Positions 1 to 11,607 of a DNA stretch of 64,000 nucleotides are shown here, piece after piece. Numbering within the stretch: position 1 is the stretch's first letter; each line of letters begins with the position of its first letter. The position numbers and the translations under genes are program-made. The notes beneath the pieces are model-generated. The model did not search any database. It had not been told where the DNA came from and saw only the letters and a list, made by a program, of their open reading frames with translations. This stretch comes from an uncultured Acidobacteriota bacterium. Its GTDB lineage: Bacteria > Acidobacteriota > Polarisedimenticolia > J045. The stretch covers positions 128,001 through 192,000 of the forward strand of contig CAVPCQ010000011.1 of assembly GCA_963702425.1 (NCBI GenBank), written 5' to 3'.

Positions 1-541
1 GATGCGCGTACCGTCCCAGGTCGAGGCAGGCCGCATAGCCGCCGCGCTGCCGCTCCGCCAGGCGCCGCCAAAGCGCACGGGGGTCGCCCGCGAACCGCGC
101 CGCGAGACGCAGCGTGAGGTTGGCCTGGTAGGTGTCGCCGCGGGCGATGGCGGCACGCACCTCCGCGACCGACGCGGCCCACGCGGCCTCGTCCGCATCG
201 GCCTCGAAGGGATCGAGCGCGAGCGGCGGCTCGATCGCGCCGCGCTCGCCCGGCGGCTCCCCGGCCGGCGCCTCGAACAGCGCGAACCACGCCAGCGGAA
301 GGGGGCCGGAGGGGCGCGTGACGAGCGCGGCGTCGAAGGCCGGCGCGGCCTCGTAGGCGACGAAGCCGGCCGCCCACCGCCCTGCCGCGGCGGCCGCTTC
401 GACCTCCGCCAGGAGCGGCGGCACTTCGTCCGGCCGGCGGGCCTCGAGCACCGCCAGCGGATCCGAGAACTGGCGGGGTGTCACGCCTCCCGAAGCGTTC
501 TCGAACCGGGCGAGCACCCGGGGCGAAGCGGGGCGGCTCAT
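1..541 (-). CDS. pabB: Aminodeoxychorismate synthase component I / chorismate-binding protein (runs off the left edge)
   Basis: Not in the ORF track. Manual reverse-strand translation from ATG 541 gives MSRPASPR...GRWAAGFVAYEAAPAFD...IARGDTYQANLT, typical of the PabB/TrpE family. ATGA overlap with the upstream gene. Confidence 0.8.
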   Translation of the reverse strand, partial: MSRPASPRVLARFENASGGVTPRQFSDPLAVLEARRPDEVPPLLAEVEAAAAAGRWAAGFVAYEAAPAFDAALVTRPSGPLPLAWFALFEAPAGEPPGERGAIEPPLALDPFEADADEAAWAASVAEVRAAIARGDTYQANLTLRLAARFAGDPRALWRRLAERQRGGYAACLDLGRYAH

Positions 542-2219
542 GGCGCGACGAGCGCCCTGGCCTCCCGCAGCGTGCGGCGCGCGATCTCGTCCTGCACCGC
601 GCGGGTCGCCTCCGGCGCGGGTGCGACCTTGCGCCACGCACCCAAGGCCTCGTTGGCGACGTCGCGCGCGATCCGGGACAGCAGGAGCGGCGCGTCGAGC
701 GTTCTCGCGCTGGCGGCCGCGCCGCGCAGCGCGCTCGCGCGCCGCCGGCGCAGCGTGCCCGAGCCGCGCTGGTCGTCACCGGAGTCGCTGAAGCTGCTGC
801 GCACGAGGTAGCCCTGCGGCGCAAGCGTGGGGTCGGTCGCGTCGAACCGCTGGTAGGCCTTGGGGGAGGTCTCGAAGTAGGCGGCTCCTCCCTTGGCGTC
901 GATCACGCCGAAGTTGGAGGCGACCGCGCGGCCGCCCGGGTTGGTGCGGTCGAGCAGCGCCTTGGATTCCGAGAGGCTCGTGCAGGTCTGCAGCGCGAGC
1001 CGCATGAACTGCCCGTCGGCGGTCGCGGAGCCGGAGATGACCGCCGTCGTGCAGGCCGGAGCGGACGGCGCCGCCGCAACAGCACGCGGTGCGGCCTTGC
1101 GCCACGCGTCCAGGGCCTGCCCCGCGGCGGCGACGTTCTTCCGCTCGATCGCGAGCAGCCCGTCGACGAGCCGGCGGTCGTTCGCGCGCAACGCGTCGAC
1201 GCTGACGAAACGCTTCAGCTCGCCGCGCGTCGCGGGATAGAAGACCGCTTTCACCGCGTCGAAGGCCTGCGTCAGCGGCGCCGGCCCGGGAGCGGCCGCG
1301 ATCTCCGCGGGGACACCGCGCGCGGCGACCCAGGCCGGGACCGCGACCCCGGTGATCGGCTGCCCGAGGATCACCCAGAGCGTCGCGAGCAGCGCGTTCT
1401 CGCCCGGCTTCACCCCGGCGATCACGAACGCCGCCGACGTGGCATCGCGGCAGATGCTGTCGCCGACGTAGGCGTAGGGCCCCGCGGCGGCGGCGGTCCC
1501 GAGCGGGTCGCTCCCCAGGGCCTCGTTGGCGACGTCGCGCGCGATCCGCGACAGCAGGAGCGGCGCGTCGAGCGTCCTGGCGCTGGCGGCCGCGCCGAGC
1601 AGCGCGCTCGCGCGCCGCCGGCGCAGCGTGCCCGAGCCGCGCTGGTCGTCACCGGAGTCGCTGAAGTTGCTGCGCACGAGGAAGCCCTGCGGCGCGAGCG
1701 CAGGGTCGGTCGCGTCGAACCGCTGGTAGGCCTTGGGGGAGGTCTCGAAATAGGCGGCTCCTCCCCTGGCGTCGATCACGCCGAAGTTGGAGGCGACCGC
1801 GCGGCCGCCCGGGTTGGTGCGGTCGAGCAGCGCCTGGAACTCCGAGAGGCTCGTGCAGGTCTGCAGCGCGAGCCGCATGAACTGTCCGTCGGCCTCCTCG
1901 TCGTTCTCCTCGATGTTGTACGAGGCGGAGTTCATGATCGCGAAACCGGCGTCGTTGACGCCGGCCCAGATCTTCATCCCCGCGGCGTCTCCGGTGTCGA
2001 CCAGGCCGACGAAGGCGTGCCTGCCGTCGTCGTTGAAGACGAGCTGGTTGGCAAGGTTGTCGGCGTCGCGGTTCTTCCACAGGATCGGCCGCCCGTCGGC
2101 GGTCGCGGAGCCGGAGATGACCGCCGTCGTGCAGGCCGGAACGGACGGCGCCGCGCGACGGCGACGGCGGCGAGGGCGGTCAGCGCCAGGACGGTGCGGC
2201 CGGGCGTGCGGGACAGCAT
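538..2219 (-). CDS. Secreted Ntn-hydrolase (C45/C69-like) with an internal partial duplication; frameshift near 2155
   Basis: Signal peptide MLSRTPGRTVLALTALAAVAVA, then CTTAVISGSATADGRPILWKNRD (N-terminal Cys nucleophile) and WAGVNDAGFAIMNS. A second partial copy lies at ~615-1075. Confidence 0.75.
615..2150. repeat. Diverged direct duplication: ~640-1015 matches ~1515-1890, and ~1010-1075 matches ~2090-2150
   Basis: Near-identical DNA and peptide blocks (QFMRLALQTCTSLSE...RDVANEALG; ACTTAVISGSATADG) with scattered substitutions. Confidence 0.9.
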
Positions 2220-2256
2220 CGACGATCTCCCTTCGAGGGGAGTCTAGCCGATCGCC

Positions 2257-2901
2257 TCAGGCTCCCGGCCGCCGCGCGGCCCCGGTCAGCCGGTCCGGGT
2301 CGAGGACGACCACCGAGCCGCGCTCGAGCCGGACGCAGCCGCGCTGCTCGAAGGCCTTGAGCGCGCGCGAGACGACCTCCCGCGCGGTCCAGAGGTCGGC
2401 GGCGATCTTCTCGTGCGTCATCTCGAGCCGCCCCTCCCCGGCGGCACCCGGCCGAACGCGCGCGCGGTCCAGCAGGTAGGAGGCGAGGCGGTCGTCGACC
2501 GACAGGTTCTGGATGTCTTCCAGCAGCTCGAGAATCGCGCGCAGCCGCCCCGACAGCGAGGCGAGGAAGAGCCCGCGCAGGAACTCGTCGCTGCCGAAGA
2601 GCCGCCGGAAGGCTGCCGCCGGGACGGCCCACCCGACCGCAGGCTCTTCGACCGTGGCGCTGGCCAGAAGCGGCTCGTCGTTCAGCGCGCCGAGGCAGGA
2701 GACGAGGCACAGTTCGCCCGGACGCATGTGGTAGAGCGTCCCCTCGCGGTCGCCCGGTCGCGAGCGGAAGACGCGGACCGACCCTTCCTCGAGCAGGCCG
2801 ACGTGGCGGCACGGTTCCCCCTCGGCGAAGAGTCCCGTTCCTCGCGGGAGGTGGAAGGGACTGCCGTGCCGTCGAAACAGGGTCGCGAGGGTGGCGTTCA
2901 T
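2257..2901 (-). CDS. Crp/Fnr family transcriptional regulator
   Basis: cNMP-binding region LFAEGEPC...EGSVRVF...PGELC and HTH MTHEKIAADLWTAREVVSRALK. Likely start ATG 2901. Confidence 0.9.
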   Translation of the reverse strand: MNATLATLFRRHGSPFHLPRGTGLFAEGEPCRHVGLLEEGSVRVFRSRPGDREGTLYHMRPGELCLVSCLGALNDEPLLASATVEEPAVGWAVPAAAFRRLFGSDEFLRGLFLASLSGRLRAILELLEDIQNLSVDDRLASYLLDRARVRPGAAGEGRLEMTHEKIAADLWTAREVVSRALKAFEQRGCVRLERGSVVVLDPDRLTGAARRPGA

Positions 2902-3127
2902 CGGCGCTCTCCCGGGCCCCTCCAGCGCGGCCCCTTCGGACCGGAAGAGGGGGCGACCGGGTTCTGATACGCCGGACCGGTGAGTCGACGCCGGGCCGGC
3001 CGGACCCCCGGCAGGGTCAAGCAGAAGGAGGGGCGCCGGGGCATCCCCACCTCCCGCAGCGGCCCCCACCCGGTCCTCCGACCGTGGAATAATGAAGATT
3101 CTTGGTCGGGTTAAAGGTGGGGTGTCG

Positions 3128-3974
3128 ATGGTCAACCGAACGCGTTTCTCTGCGTCGCCGTTACGAGGCGGGGCGGCCCCGGCAAGCGTGGTCCTGGTCG
3201 TGGGCCTCGCGCTGCTCTCCGCTGCAGCTTCTCCCGCCGTGGCAAGCGAGACGGCGAGCAGCCGGCACGACGCTCTCGGACCCCTTCCCCTCCAGCCTCT
3301 ACGTCGAGCAGGACGTCAAGATCGCGGCGCGGCGCTCGGGCGTGATCGAGAAGGTCCTGGTCGACCGCGGGCAGGCCGTCCGGGCGGGCCAGGCGCTGGC
3401 GCTGCTCGAGACCGACCTCGCAACGCGGGACCTGGAGCTGGCCCAGGAGGAACTGCGCCTGGCCGAGGCCGAGCTGGCGCGGGTCGCGCCGCTGGCCGAC
3501 TCGGGAATCGTCTCGCAGCAGGAGCTGCAGCAGCGTCAGATCGACCGCGACCTCGCGAAGACCCGGGTCTCCCGCGCCCGCTCGATGCTCGAGCGCTGCA
3601 CCGTCGCGGCGCCGTTCGCCGGCGTCGTCGCCGAGCGCTGGGCGGTCCTGGGGGAGCGCGTCCAGGAGGACGACAACACCCCGCTCTTCCGCATCGTCGC
3701 CTCCGGACCGCTCCGCGCGCGGATCGACCTTCCCGAGGCCCTGCTCGCGCGCGTCGGGGTCCCGGGCCGCGCGACGCTCCGCCTGGACCGGGCGGCGACC
3801 GAGAGCTTCGCGGCGCGGGTGGTCTTCGTCAGCCCGACCGTCGACGCCGCCAGCGGCACCGCGCCGGTGATCGTCGAGCTGCCGAACACGGCGGGCCGGT
3901 TGCGCCCGGGGACGGCGGTCACCGTCCGGTTCGAGCTGGGCACGGGGACGGCAGGGGCACGGGAGGGGCGATGA
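3128..3974 (+). CDS. Efflux/secretion periplasmic adaptor (MFP/HlyD family); frameshift near 3270-3290
   Basis: Signal-like N-terminus in one frame, then VKIAARRSGVIEKVLVDRGQAV, coiled coil, VAAPFAGVV, VSPTVDAASGT and LRPG. Confidence 0.85.
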
Positions 3975-4675
3975 GCCCGCGCCTCGCGGCGCGCTTCGGG
4001 GCGGGCCGCCGGCCGCCGGCGGCCCACGCCGCCCCGAACCTGCTGGTCCACGAGCTCAAGCACCTCGCCAGTCGCCTGCAACTGCTCAACGAGAACCTCT
4101 TGCACCACTTCGACGACCCGGACTTCCGGCGGAGCGCGGCGGAGCTGCTCGACGACACGGTGCGCCAGCTGCGGCGCCTCGCCGGCGAGATGCACGAGCG
4201 CGAGGGGCGGCTGCTGGTCAAGCTGCGCGTCGACCTCAACGAGATCCTCGAGGACGCGCTGGTGAGCTGCCATCTCGGGCTGGCCCCGACGCTGCAGCTG
4301 GAGCGGCACTTCGGCCATCTGCCCCCGATCTGGGGCGACCAGTTCCTGCTGCGTCGAGCGTTCTGCTGCGCGATCGAAAATGCGCTCGAAGCGCTGGACG
4401 GACGCGGCAGGATTTCCGTCCGCACGCGCTGCTCGTCGAAGCGCCGCACTCCGCAGATCCTCGTCGAGATCCGCGACGACGGCCCGGGCATGTCCGCCGA
4501 GTTCCGGCGGCAGCTGCTGGCGCAGCGCTTCGCGAGCACCAAGTCCGACGGGTTGGGACTGGGCGTCTACACCGTGCGCCAGGTCGCGCGCCTGCACGGG
4601 GGCACGATGCGGATCGCCAGCTCCCCCGGCACCGGAACCTGCGTCCGTTTCTGGTTCCCGTTCGAAGGTGAGTGA
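3971..4675 (+). CDS. Histidine kinase, PrsK-like catalytic core with no sensor domain
   Basis: H-box VHELKHLAS...HFDDPDF resembles PrsK (VHDLKN...HxDNPEF). N-box ENALEA, DDGPGM, STKSDGLGLG. ATGA overlap with the MFP gene. Confidence 0.85.
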   Translation: MSPRLAARFGAGRRPPAAHAAPNLLVHELKHLASRLQLLNENLLHHFDDPDFRRSAAELLDDTVRQLRRLAGEMHEREGRLLVKLRVDLNEILEDALVSCHLGLAPTLQLERHFGHLPPIWGDQFLLRRAFCCAIENALEALDGRGRISVRTRCSSKRRTPQILVEIRDDGPGMSAEFRRQLLAQRFASTKSDGLGLGVYTVRQVARLHGGTMRIASSPGTGTCVRFWFPFEGE

Positions 4676-4678
4676 GCC

Positions 4679-6047
<1,369 letters not shown>

Positions 6048-6076
6048 TGGGTGAATAACCGGACTCCCGTGGGTGA
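6048..6076 (+). promoter_or_regulatory. Candidate enhancer (UAS) for the sigma-54 activator: TGGGTGA direct repeat, 22 bp apart
   Basis: TGGGTGA at 6048 and 6070, ~110-135 bp upstream of the -24 element. Confidence 0.4.
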
Positions 6077-6181
6077 CTTTTTCTTCCGACGCGCGCGATC
6101 CCGCCGGGGACGTGCGGGGGCCTGTGGTCGATCCTGTTGAAACGGCGAGAGTTGCGCGCCTCTCCCAGTTCGTCGGCTGCG

Positions 6182-6198
6182 GCGGCACGGCGATTGCA
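6182..6198 (+). promoter_or_regulatory. Sigma-54 (-24/-12) promoter
   Basis: GCGGCACGGCGATTGCA has GG-N10-GC spacing and matches YTGGCACGNNNNTTGCW except the two bases 5' of GG. It is followed by RBS AGGGAG and ATG 6235. Confidence 0.85.
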
Positions 6199-6234
6199 GG
6201 AAGCCAGGCGTCATCCTCAACAGGGAGAAACGCG

Positions 6235-6642
6235 ATGGATCAGCCGAAGGGCGTCACGATCAAGCTCACCGACAAGCAGCGCAGCCAGATCAAGACCGTC
6301 ACGGGGAAGGATCACGTCGAGATCCGGGTCGAGTCCTTCGACGGCGTCGGGCAGCAGCTCGGCGCGAAGGCCGCCGCCAAGATGCCGGCGAAGGCCGCCG
6401 CCAAGGCCGCCGCCAAGATGCCGGCGAAGGCCGCCGCAGCGAAGGCCGCCGCGCAAGATGCCGGCGAAGGCCGCTGGCCAAGGCCGCCGCCAAGATGCCA
6501 GGCGAAGGCGCGCTGCCGAAGCGGCTGCCGCCAAGATGCCGGCGAAGTCGGCCGCCGCCGCCAAGATGCCGGCGAAGGCCGCCGCCAAGAGTGCCGGCGA
6601 AGGCCGCTGCCAAGGCCGCTGCTGCGAGGCAAGAGGTTCTAG
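6235..6642 (+). CDS. Small Ala/Lys-rich repeat peptide; putative precursor or secreted substrate (several apparent 1-nt insertions)
   Basis: MDQPKGVTIKLTDKQRSQIKTVTGKDHVEIRVESFDGVGQQLG followed by AKAAAKMPAK-type repeats, probably ending GKRF*. Has an RBS and a sigma-54 promoter. Confidence 0.8.
   Translation: MDQPKGVTIKLTDKQRSQIKTVTGKDHVEIRVESFDGVGQQLGAKAAAKMPAKAAAKAAAKMPAKAAAAKAAAQDAGEGRWPRPPPRCQAKARCRSGCRQDAGEVGRRRQDAGEGRRQECRRRPLPRPLLRGKRF
6364..6625 (+). repeat. Coding tandem repeat, 7 x AAGATGCCGGCGAAG (KMPAK) with poly-Ala/Lys linkers
   Basis: Copies near 6379, 6415, 6456, 6492, 6533, 6563 and 6587; two carry single-base insertions. Confidence 0.9.
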
Positions 6643-6654
6643 TCCGCGCGCCGG

Positions 6655-6720
6655 GCGCCGACCCCGTGCGGGTTGGCGCGCGGCGGCCGGTGGTCGCGGG
6701 GTCCCTGTTTCGGGGCCCTT
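6655..6720. terminator. GC-rich hairpins between convergent genes
   Basis: GCGCCGACCC-cgtgc-GGGTTGGCGC and GGGTCCC-tgtttc-GGGGCCC. Confidence 0.5.
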
Positions 6721-6723
6721 CCG

Positions 6724-8829
6724 TCACCAGACGACGGTCGAAATCCACCGCGAAAAACGCCACCAGACCTGTCCGGCGAGGCTGCGTCGGGCCAGTTGGA
6801 ACTGGGCCTGGCCGGTCATGCCCGGGAGCAGGGCTCACCCGGATTCTCGATGTCGACCAGGACCCTCACCTGGTGCACGCGCCGCACGAGATCGACGGCC
6901 GAGGCGACCCCCTCCGGGGGAGCGGAGGCGAGCGGCGAGACGGCCTTCACGCGAGCCCGCAGGGTCTCGCCGGCAAGCGCCTCGACCCGCACCGGGCCGG
7001 CGTTCCGGGAACGACTTCCTGGACGTCGCGCTCGCTCATCCGCACCCCCAGGCGCACGGTGTCGGGCACGACGATCGTGCAGAGCTCGTCTCCCTCCGCG
7101 AGCCAGCGCCCCACGGACTCCTCGACGCGATATCCGGCGACGATCCCGGCGACCGGAGCCTTCATGACGAGGCGCTCGCGCCGCTGGTCGAGCATCGCGC
7201 CGCGAGCTTCGGCCGAGCCGGCCCGCTCCGATGCGGCGCTCGCGGCCGCGGGGTCCATCCTGGCGCGAGCCAGCACGGCACCGCGCCGGGCGACGTCGGC
7301 GTCCATCGCCGCGCCGGCAGCCGCGGCGGACAGCTCGGGGCTCGCGATCCGTGCGAGAACGGCTCCTGCCGGCACCCGGTCCCCTTCCCGGACCTCTACG
7401 GTCTCGACGACCCCCTCGGCCGGAGCGCGCACGACGGCTCGCTCGCCGGCCTCCACTTCGAAGACGCCACCGACGCGGGTCGGCAGCGGAGGATCGCGAC
7501 ACACGCCACGAGCAGCAGCCCGATGGCCGCTGCCGTCGCCTTTCCGGCCCCGGTCCCGAGCCACTCGCGCTTGTCGAGCCAGAGGTGCTTGAGGAAGCCC
7601 CGGATCGTTCGCACGCGACGCCTCAGGATCCAGGCGAAGAACAGGATCAGCGCGAGGTACCCGGCCGGCCCGAGCCACCCGACGAACCAACGTTCGAGCA
7701 GGTGGTAGATCACGATCATGATGGTCGCCGTGTAGAGGATGGCCGCCGTTCCGTACACGAGGTAGATCCGGCGCCGCCGTCGCGAAATCGGCGTTTCGGG
7801 GACCTCGAGCCGGAGCACGGTGCGCCGGAACAGTCCCCCGACGTATTCGAAGCTCTCTTCGCGCAGGTTCGGAACGTCGAGCCAGTCCATCAGCAGGTAG
7901 TAGCCGTCCAGCTTCAGCAGCGGATTGATGTTCAAGACGACGACAGACAGGCCGGTGAAGAAGACGACGGTCAACGCGAACTGATGGAGCCACGACTCGG
8001 CCGGTGTCAGGAGCCAGACCGCAGTCGCCACCGACGCCAACATGAGTTCGAAATACGGCCCGCCGAATGTCGCGTAGAGCCGGTGAGCGCGGTTCGTAAA
8101 GAGGTACGAATCGTCGATGTTGCAGTAGAAGGCGGGCTGGAAGTAGAAGATCATGAAACCGATGTCGTGCACCTCCCCGCCATAACGCTTGCACGTGAAG
8201 CCGTGACCCAGCTCATGCCAGATGCTGACGCCGATCAGGAACGCGAAGAACGCGAACCAGCCCCCGAGAGTCTTCTCCTTGAAGTTCCAGAGCTCGAAGA
8301 ACCCCTCCCAGTAGAGGCCCCAGTGGCGGAAGAGGAACACGAGCAGGACCGCGAATACCGCGATCCACGGGACGACGAACCACGGGGACCAGACCCAGCG
8401 GATCCACGGGATCACACGATCCATCATCCGGTTCGGGTCGAACATCGGGACCAGGATCTGGAACAGGCTGGATCGCTCGGCATCGTAGAACCGCCTCTGC
8501 CGCCTGGAGCGCAGCTTGTCCATCATGATGAGATGACGATCGCGTTCGCTGCGCTCGATCAGGTCGATCGATGTCAGCCCCTCGACGTACTCGACTACCC
8601 ACGCGGCGTCGATGGCGCGCTGCGGATTGTTCCGCGTGTATTCCTCGGCGATCTCCTCGGCGGTTCGCGAGCCATCCATCAGGAGCAGGAGCTCCTCGTA
8701 GTCGGGCTCGAACTTGTAGTAGTTCTGCGTCGCTGCGTCCTTGACCATGACGTAGTCGTCTTCACGGGTCGCGATCCGGCGGACGATGACTCCGGCCTTG
8801 AGACGCGGCTGAGAGTTCGCCGTATTCAC
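6724..8829 (-). CDS. Fusion of PqqD/RRE-like domain, site-2 (M50) metallopeptidase and HlyD/MFP domain; frameshifts near 7490, 6995 and 6830
   Basis: GTG 8829 (GTGA overlap). N-terminal VKDAATQNYYKF...LMDGSRTAEEIA, then TM helices, HELGH zinc motif and NINPLLKLDGY. C-terminal VRAPAEGVV...KAPVAG...LLPGMTGQAQ...VVW* ends at 6724. Confidence 0.88.
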
Positions 8830-11204
8830 GGCAACCAGCCCCAGAGCTTGTTCCAGATCCAGCGGGCGGGGCGACGGAGCAGGACGCGGCCCAGACTGGC
8901 GTTTCCGGTGTTGATCTTGGCTCGCCCCGTCATCCCCGACCGGAGGCCCTCGGGTTGCCCCGCCAACGCCGCGCGGACGAGAAAGACCTTGTATCCGTCC
9001 TCGTCGATCACGGCCTGGACCCCGACCCGCTGCACTTCCGCGCGAACGCTCGCCGTCGGCAGGGCGTAGAGCCGCACCTTGACCGGCATCGCAGCCGCAA
9101 TCAGCCCGGCGTCCCGCTCGGGGACGGCCACCTCGACCTCCTGGCGCTCGAGGTTGGCGATCTCGCAGAACACCTCCCCCGCTTCGAATCGCTCGCCCGA
9201 ACGATCCTCGATGCGCGGCGTGACCACGATGCCCGGCTCGCGAGCCCGGAGCCGGCTCCGTTCCAGCTCCGTCTCCCACCGCGTGACCTCGGAGGCGAGG
9301 CCTGCTGCCCGGGCCGCCTCGGCGGCCGCACCCGCGGCGTCGCCTTCGGCCCGACGCCGGGTCAGGGCACGCTCGGCGATCGCCAGCTGAGCCGTCGCCT
9401 CGGCCAGCGCCGCCCGGACTTCGACGTCATCGAGTCGCGCGATCTCCTGGCCCGCGTCCACGCTGTCCCCCTCCCGGACCAGGACCTGGGCGATGCGACC
9501 GCTGGCTTGCACCGAAACGGGCAGGCGCCGCTCCGGAAGGACGCGCGCGTCCCCCGCGATGCGCAGCGGCACCGGCACGAAGAGCAGAACTGCTGCCGCA
9601 AGTGCCGCGCCGCCGAGCCACGCGATGCGGCGCCGGCCCAGGGCGGCCAACCTCGCTTGCGTCCTCGCCAGGGGCTGCATCACCTGCCGCATCGGCATCT
9701 GCTGAAACAGGATGGCGTTGCGCAGCGCGACCGTGGCCTGGGTGGCGAGCAACTGCACCACTTCGAGATCCCGCGCCGAGAAGGCGTAGGGCTCCATGGC
9801 CTCGAGCGTCCAGACACCGAGTTTGCCGTCTCCATCGGCCAGGGGGACCGCGAGGAAGGAGTTGTTGCCCGTCTTCTCGAACCACGCGCTGAACTTCTCG
9901 CGCGTCTCGGGACGAGCGGTGTCGATCGAACCGTCCTCCTCGCGGACGACATAGACCCCCTCGTCCAGTCCCGCCGCCCACTCGACGATCCCTCGCAGTT
10001 CCTTTGTTTCGCTCAGGGTTTCGTCGACGAACCGCTGGCCGCTGATGGCCGTCAGTCCGAATCGCGCGCCGTGCTGGAGGCCGACCACCGCGCGCTGGTA
10101 CGAAAGCAGTTCGGCCGGCTTGTGGACCAGCGTGAAGGTGACGGTCTTGGCGTCGAGGTGCGAGGCGAGGGACTGCGACACGCCGAGCAGCGCCCCCAGG
10201 TCGGCCGCGCGACGTTCCGCATCGAGCCGCCGCGCGTTCGCGAGCGCGATCGCGGCGGTTCCCGCGATCTCCTTCAGGAAGGTCAGGTCGTCGGTATCGA
10301 GCAGCTCGCCACCGTTCCGGTTGACGACTTCGATCGCGCCGATGACACCGCCGTCGTCGTCGATGATCGGGGCTGCGGATGCCGAGGCGATCTCGAGGCC
10401 GCTCTGAACGTCGGGACGCGCCTCGACGTCGGCGATCTCCTCGGGCCCGGCAGCGAGCACGGGCTCGCCGGCCGCGAGGGCTGCTCCGGCGAGTCCTTCC
10501 GGAAGGCGCAACTCCCACCCCGCGACGACCTCCGCCGCGGTGCCCGCGGCGGCCGTCACGCTCACCGACTCGCCGCTCCCGTCGAGCAGCCACAGGTAAA
10601 CCTGCTCGACGTCGAGCGCGGCCTGCACGCGGTTGACGATCACCTCGGTCAGTGCGGCCATCTCGAGCGTGGCCGCGAACGAGCGCCCGATGTCGTAGAG
10701 GCGGCTCAGACGCTCGATCACCTCGATCATGTCCTGCTGCGCACGGTCCCGCTCGCGCACCGCGGCCAGGGCCGACTCGGCGGCGCCGAGCGGCTCGCGG
10801 GCCGAGGCGGCGTCGGCGACGCTGTAGGGACCCTCGCCGCGCGCGCGCTCGAGCAGCTCGATCACTCCGAACGGGCGCCCGGCCGCCCGCAGCGGGAGCA
10901 CGAGGCGCGAGCGGAAGCCGGCCTCGGTCGCCGCGGCCACGACCGGGGCGTCGAATGCCATCGCGCGCGCCGCCGCGTCCGGCGGCTCGACGTCGCCGCC
11001 ACCGCCGCGCGCGTCGGCCGGCCAGGCCCCCGCATACCGGAACCCGCGCCGCCGATCGAAGACGAACACCCGGACTCCGTCGGCGCCGAGCAGGGCCCCG
11101 ACCGCGCGCGCCAGCGCCCCCGCCGCCTGTGCCTCTCCGGTCGCCCGCGCCAGTTCGCCGGCCAGCCGCCAGACCGCCGCGGTGTCACCGCCTGGAACGC
11201 CCAT
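8826..11204 (-). CDS. Multi-GAF (about 3) domain protein fused to a HlyD/MFP adaptor
   Basis: GAF signatures (LVLPLRAAGRPFGVIEL; APIIDDDGGVIGAIEVVN...ALANARR; LAVPLADGDGKLGV...ALRNAILF), one TM helix, then the MFP region ending LRSGMTGRAKI. Confidence 0.9.
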   Translation of the reverse strand: MGVPGGDTAAVWRLAGELARATGEAQAAGALARAVGALLGADGVRVFVFDRRRGFRYAGAWPADARGGGGDVEPPDAAARAMAFDAPVVAAATEAGFRSRLVLPLRAAGRPFGVIELLERARGEGPYSVADAASAREPLGAAESALAAVRERDRAQQDMIEVIERLSRLYDIGRSFAATLEMAALTEVIVNRVQAALDVEQVYLWLLDGSGESVSVTAAAGTAAEVVAGWELRLPEGLAGAALAAGEPVLAAGPEEIADVEARPDVQSGLEIASASAAPIIDDDGGVIGAIEVVNRNGGELLDTDDLTFLKEIAGTAAIALANARRLDAERRAADLGALLGVSQSLASHLDAKTVTFTLVHKPAELLSYQRAVVGLQHGARFGLTAISGQRFVDETLSETKELRGIVEWAAGLDEGVYVVREEDGSIDTARPETREKFSAWFEKTGNNSFLAVPLADGDGKLGVWTLEAMEPYAFSARDLEVVQLLATQATVALRNAILFQQMPMRQVMQPLARTQARLAALGRRRIAWLGGAALAAAVLLFVPVPLRIAGDARVLPERRLPVSVQASGRIAQVLVREGDSVDAGQEIARLDDVEVRAALAEATAQLAIAERALTRRRAEGDAAGAAAEAARAAGLASEVTRWETELERSRLRAREPGIVVTPRIEDRSGERFEAGEVFCEIANLERQEVEVAVPERDAGLIAAAMPVKVRLYALPTASVRAEVQRVGVQAVIDEDGYKVFLVRAALAGQPEGLRSGMTGRAKINTGNASLGRVLLRRPARWIWNKLWGWLP

Positions 11205-11607
11205 CGCGCCCCTCCCACGAACACGGGAGTCTAGCCGCGATCGGAGTCCTGATGAAACGCTGTCTTGGCGCGGTTAGCGGGCGCGGACGAACACGCGCCG
11301 CGGCGGCGATGGTCGGTTGGACGGGCCCGGGCGGCGAAGTCCCCGCCGCGTGGCGGAGGCGCGCACACTCTCCGCGCCCGGACCCGTCCCCCCGAAACGT
11401 CCGGCAGCACCCCGGGACCGGCAAAGCCGTCGGGGGGGACGGGAAAGCGGCCTTCGCGCGTTCCCGGGGCACCACCGGTATGCAGGGTGATGGTGACCCG
11501 CGGGAGCGGACTCCGCCGTGTCCGGGAGCGCCAAGTTTCTGATCCGGCGCGCCAGCCGGCGGCTTGAAGCGGGTCCGTCCGAAAGGTGGCGAAGCGGTGC
11601 GGACCGG

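Noticed and set aside
6364-6625. Repeat tract as a CRISPR array or non-coding satellite
   Set aside because: It is codon-structured (Ala/Lys/Met/Pro), in frame with an RBS and ATG, and has no spacers.
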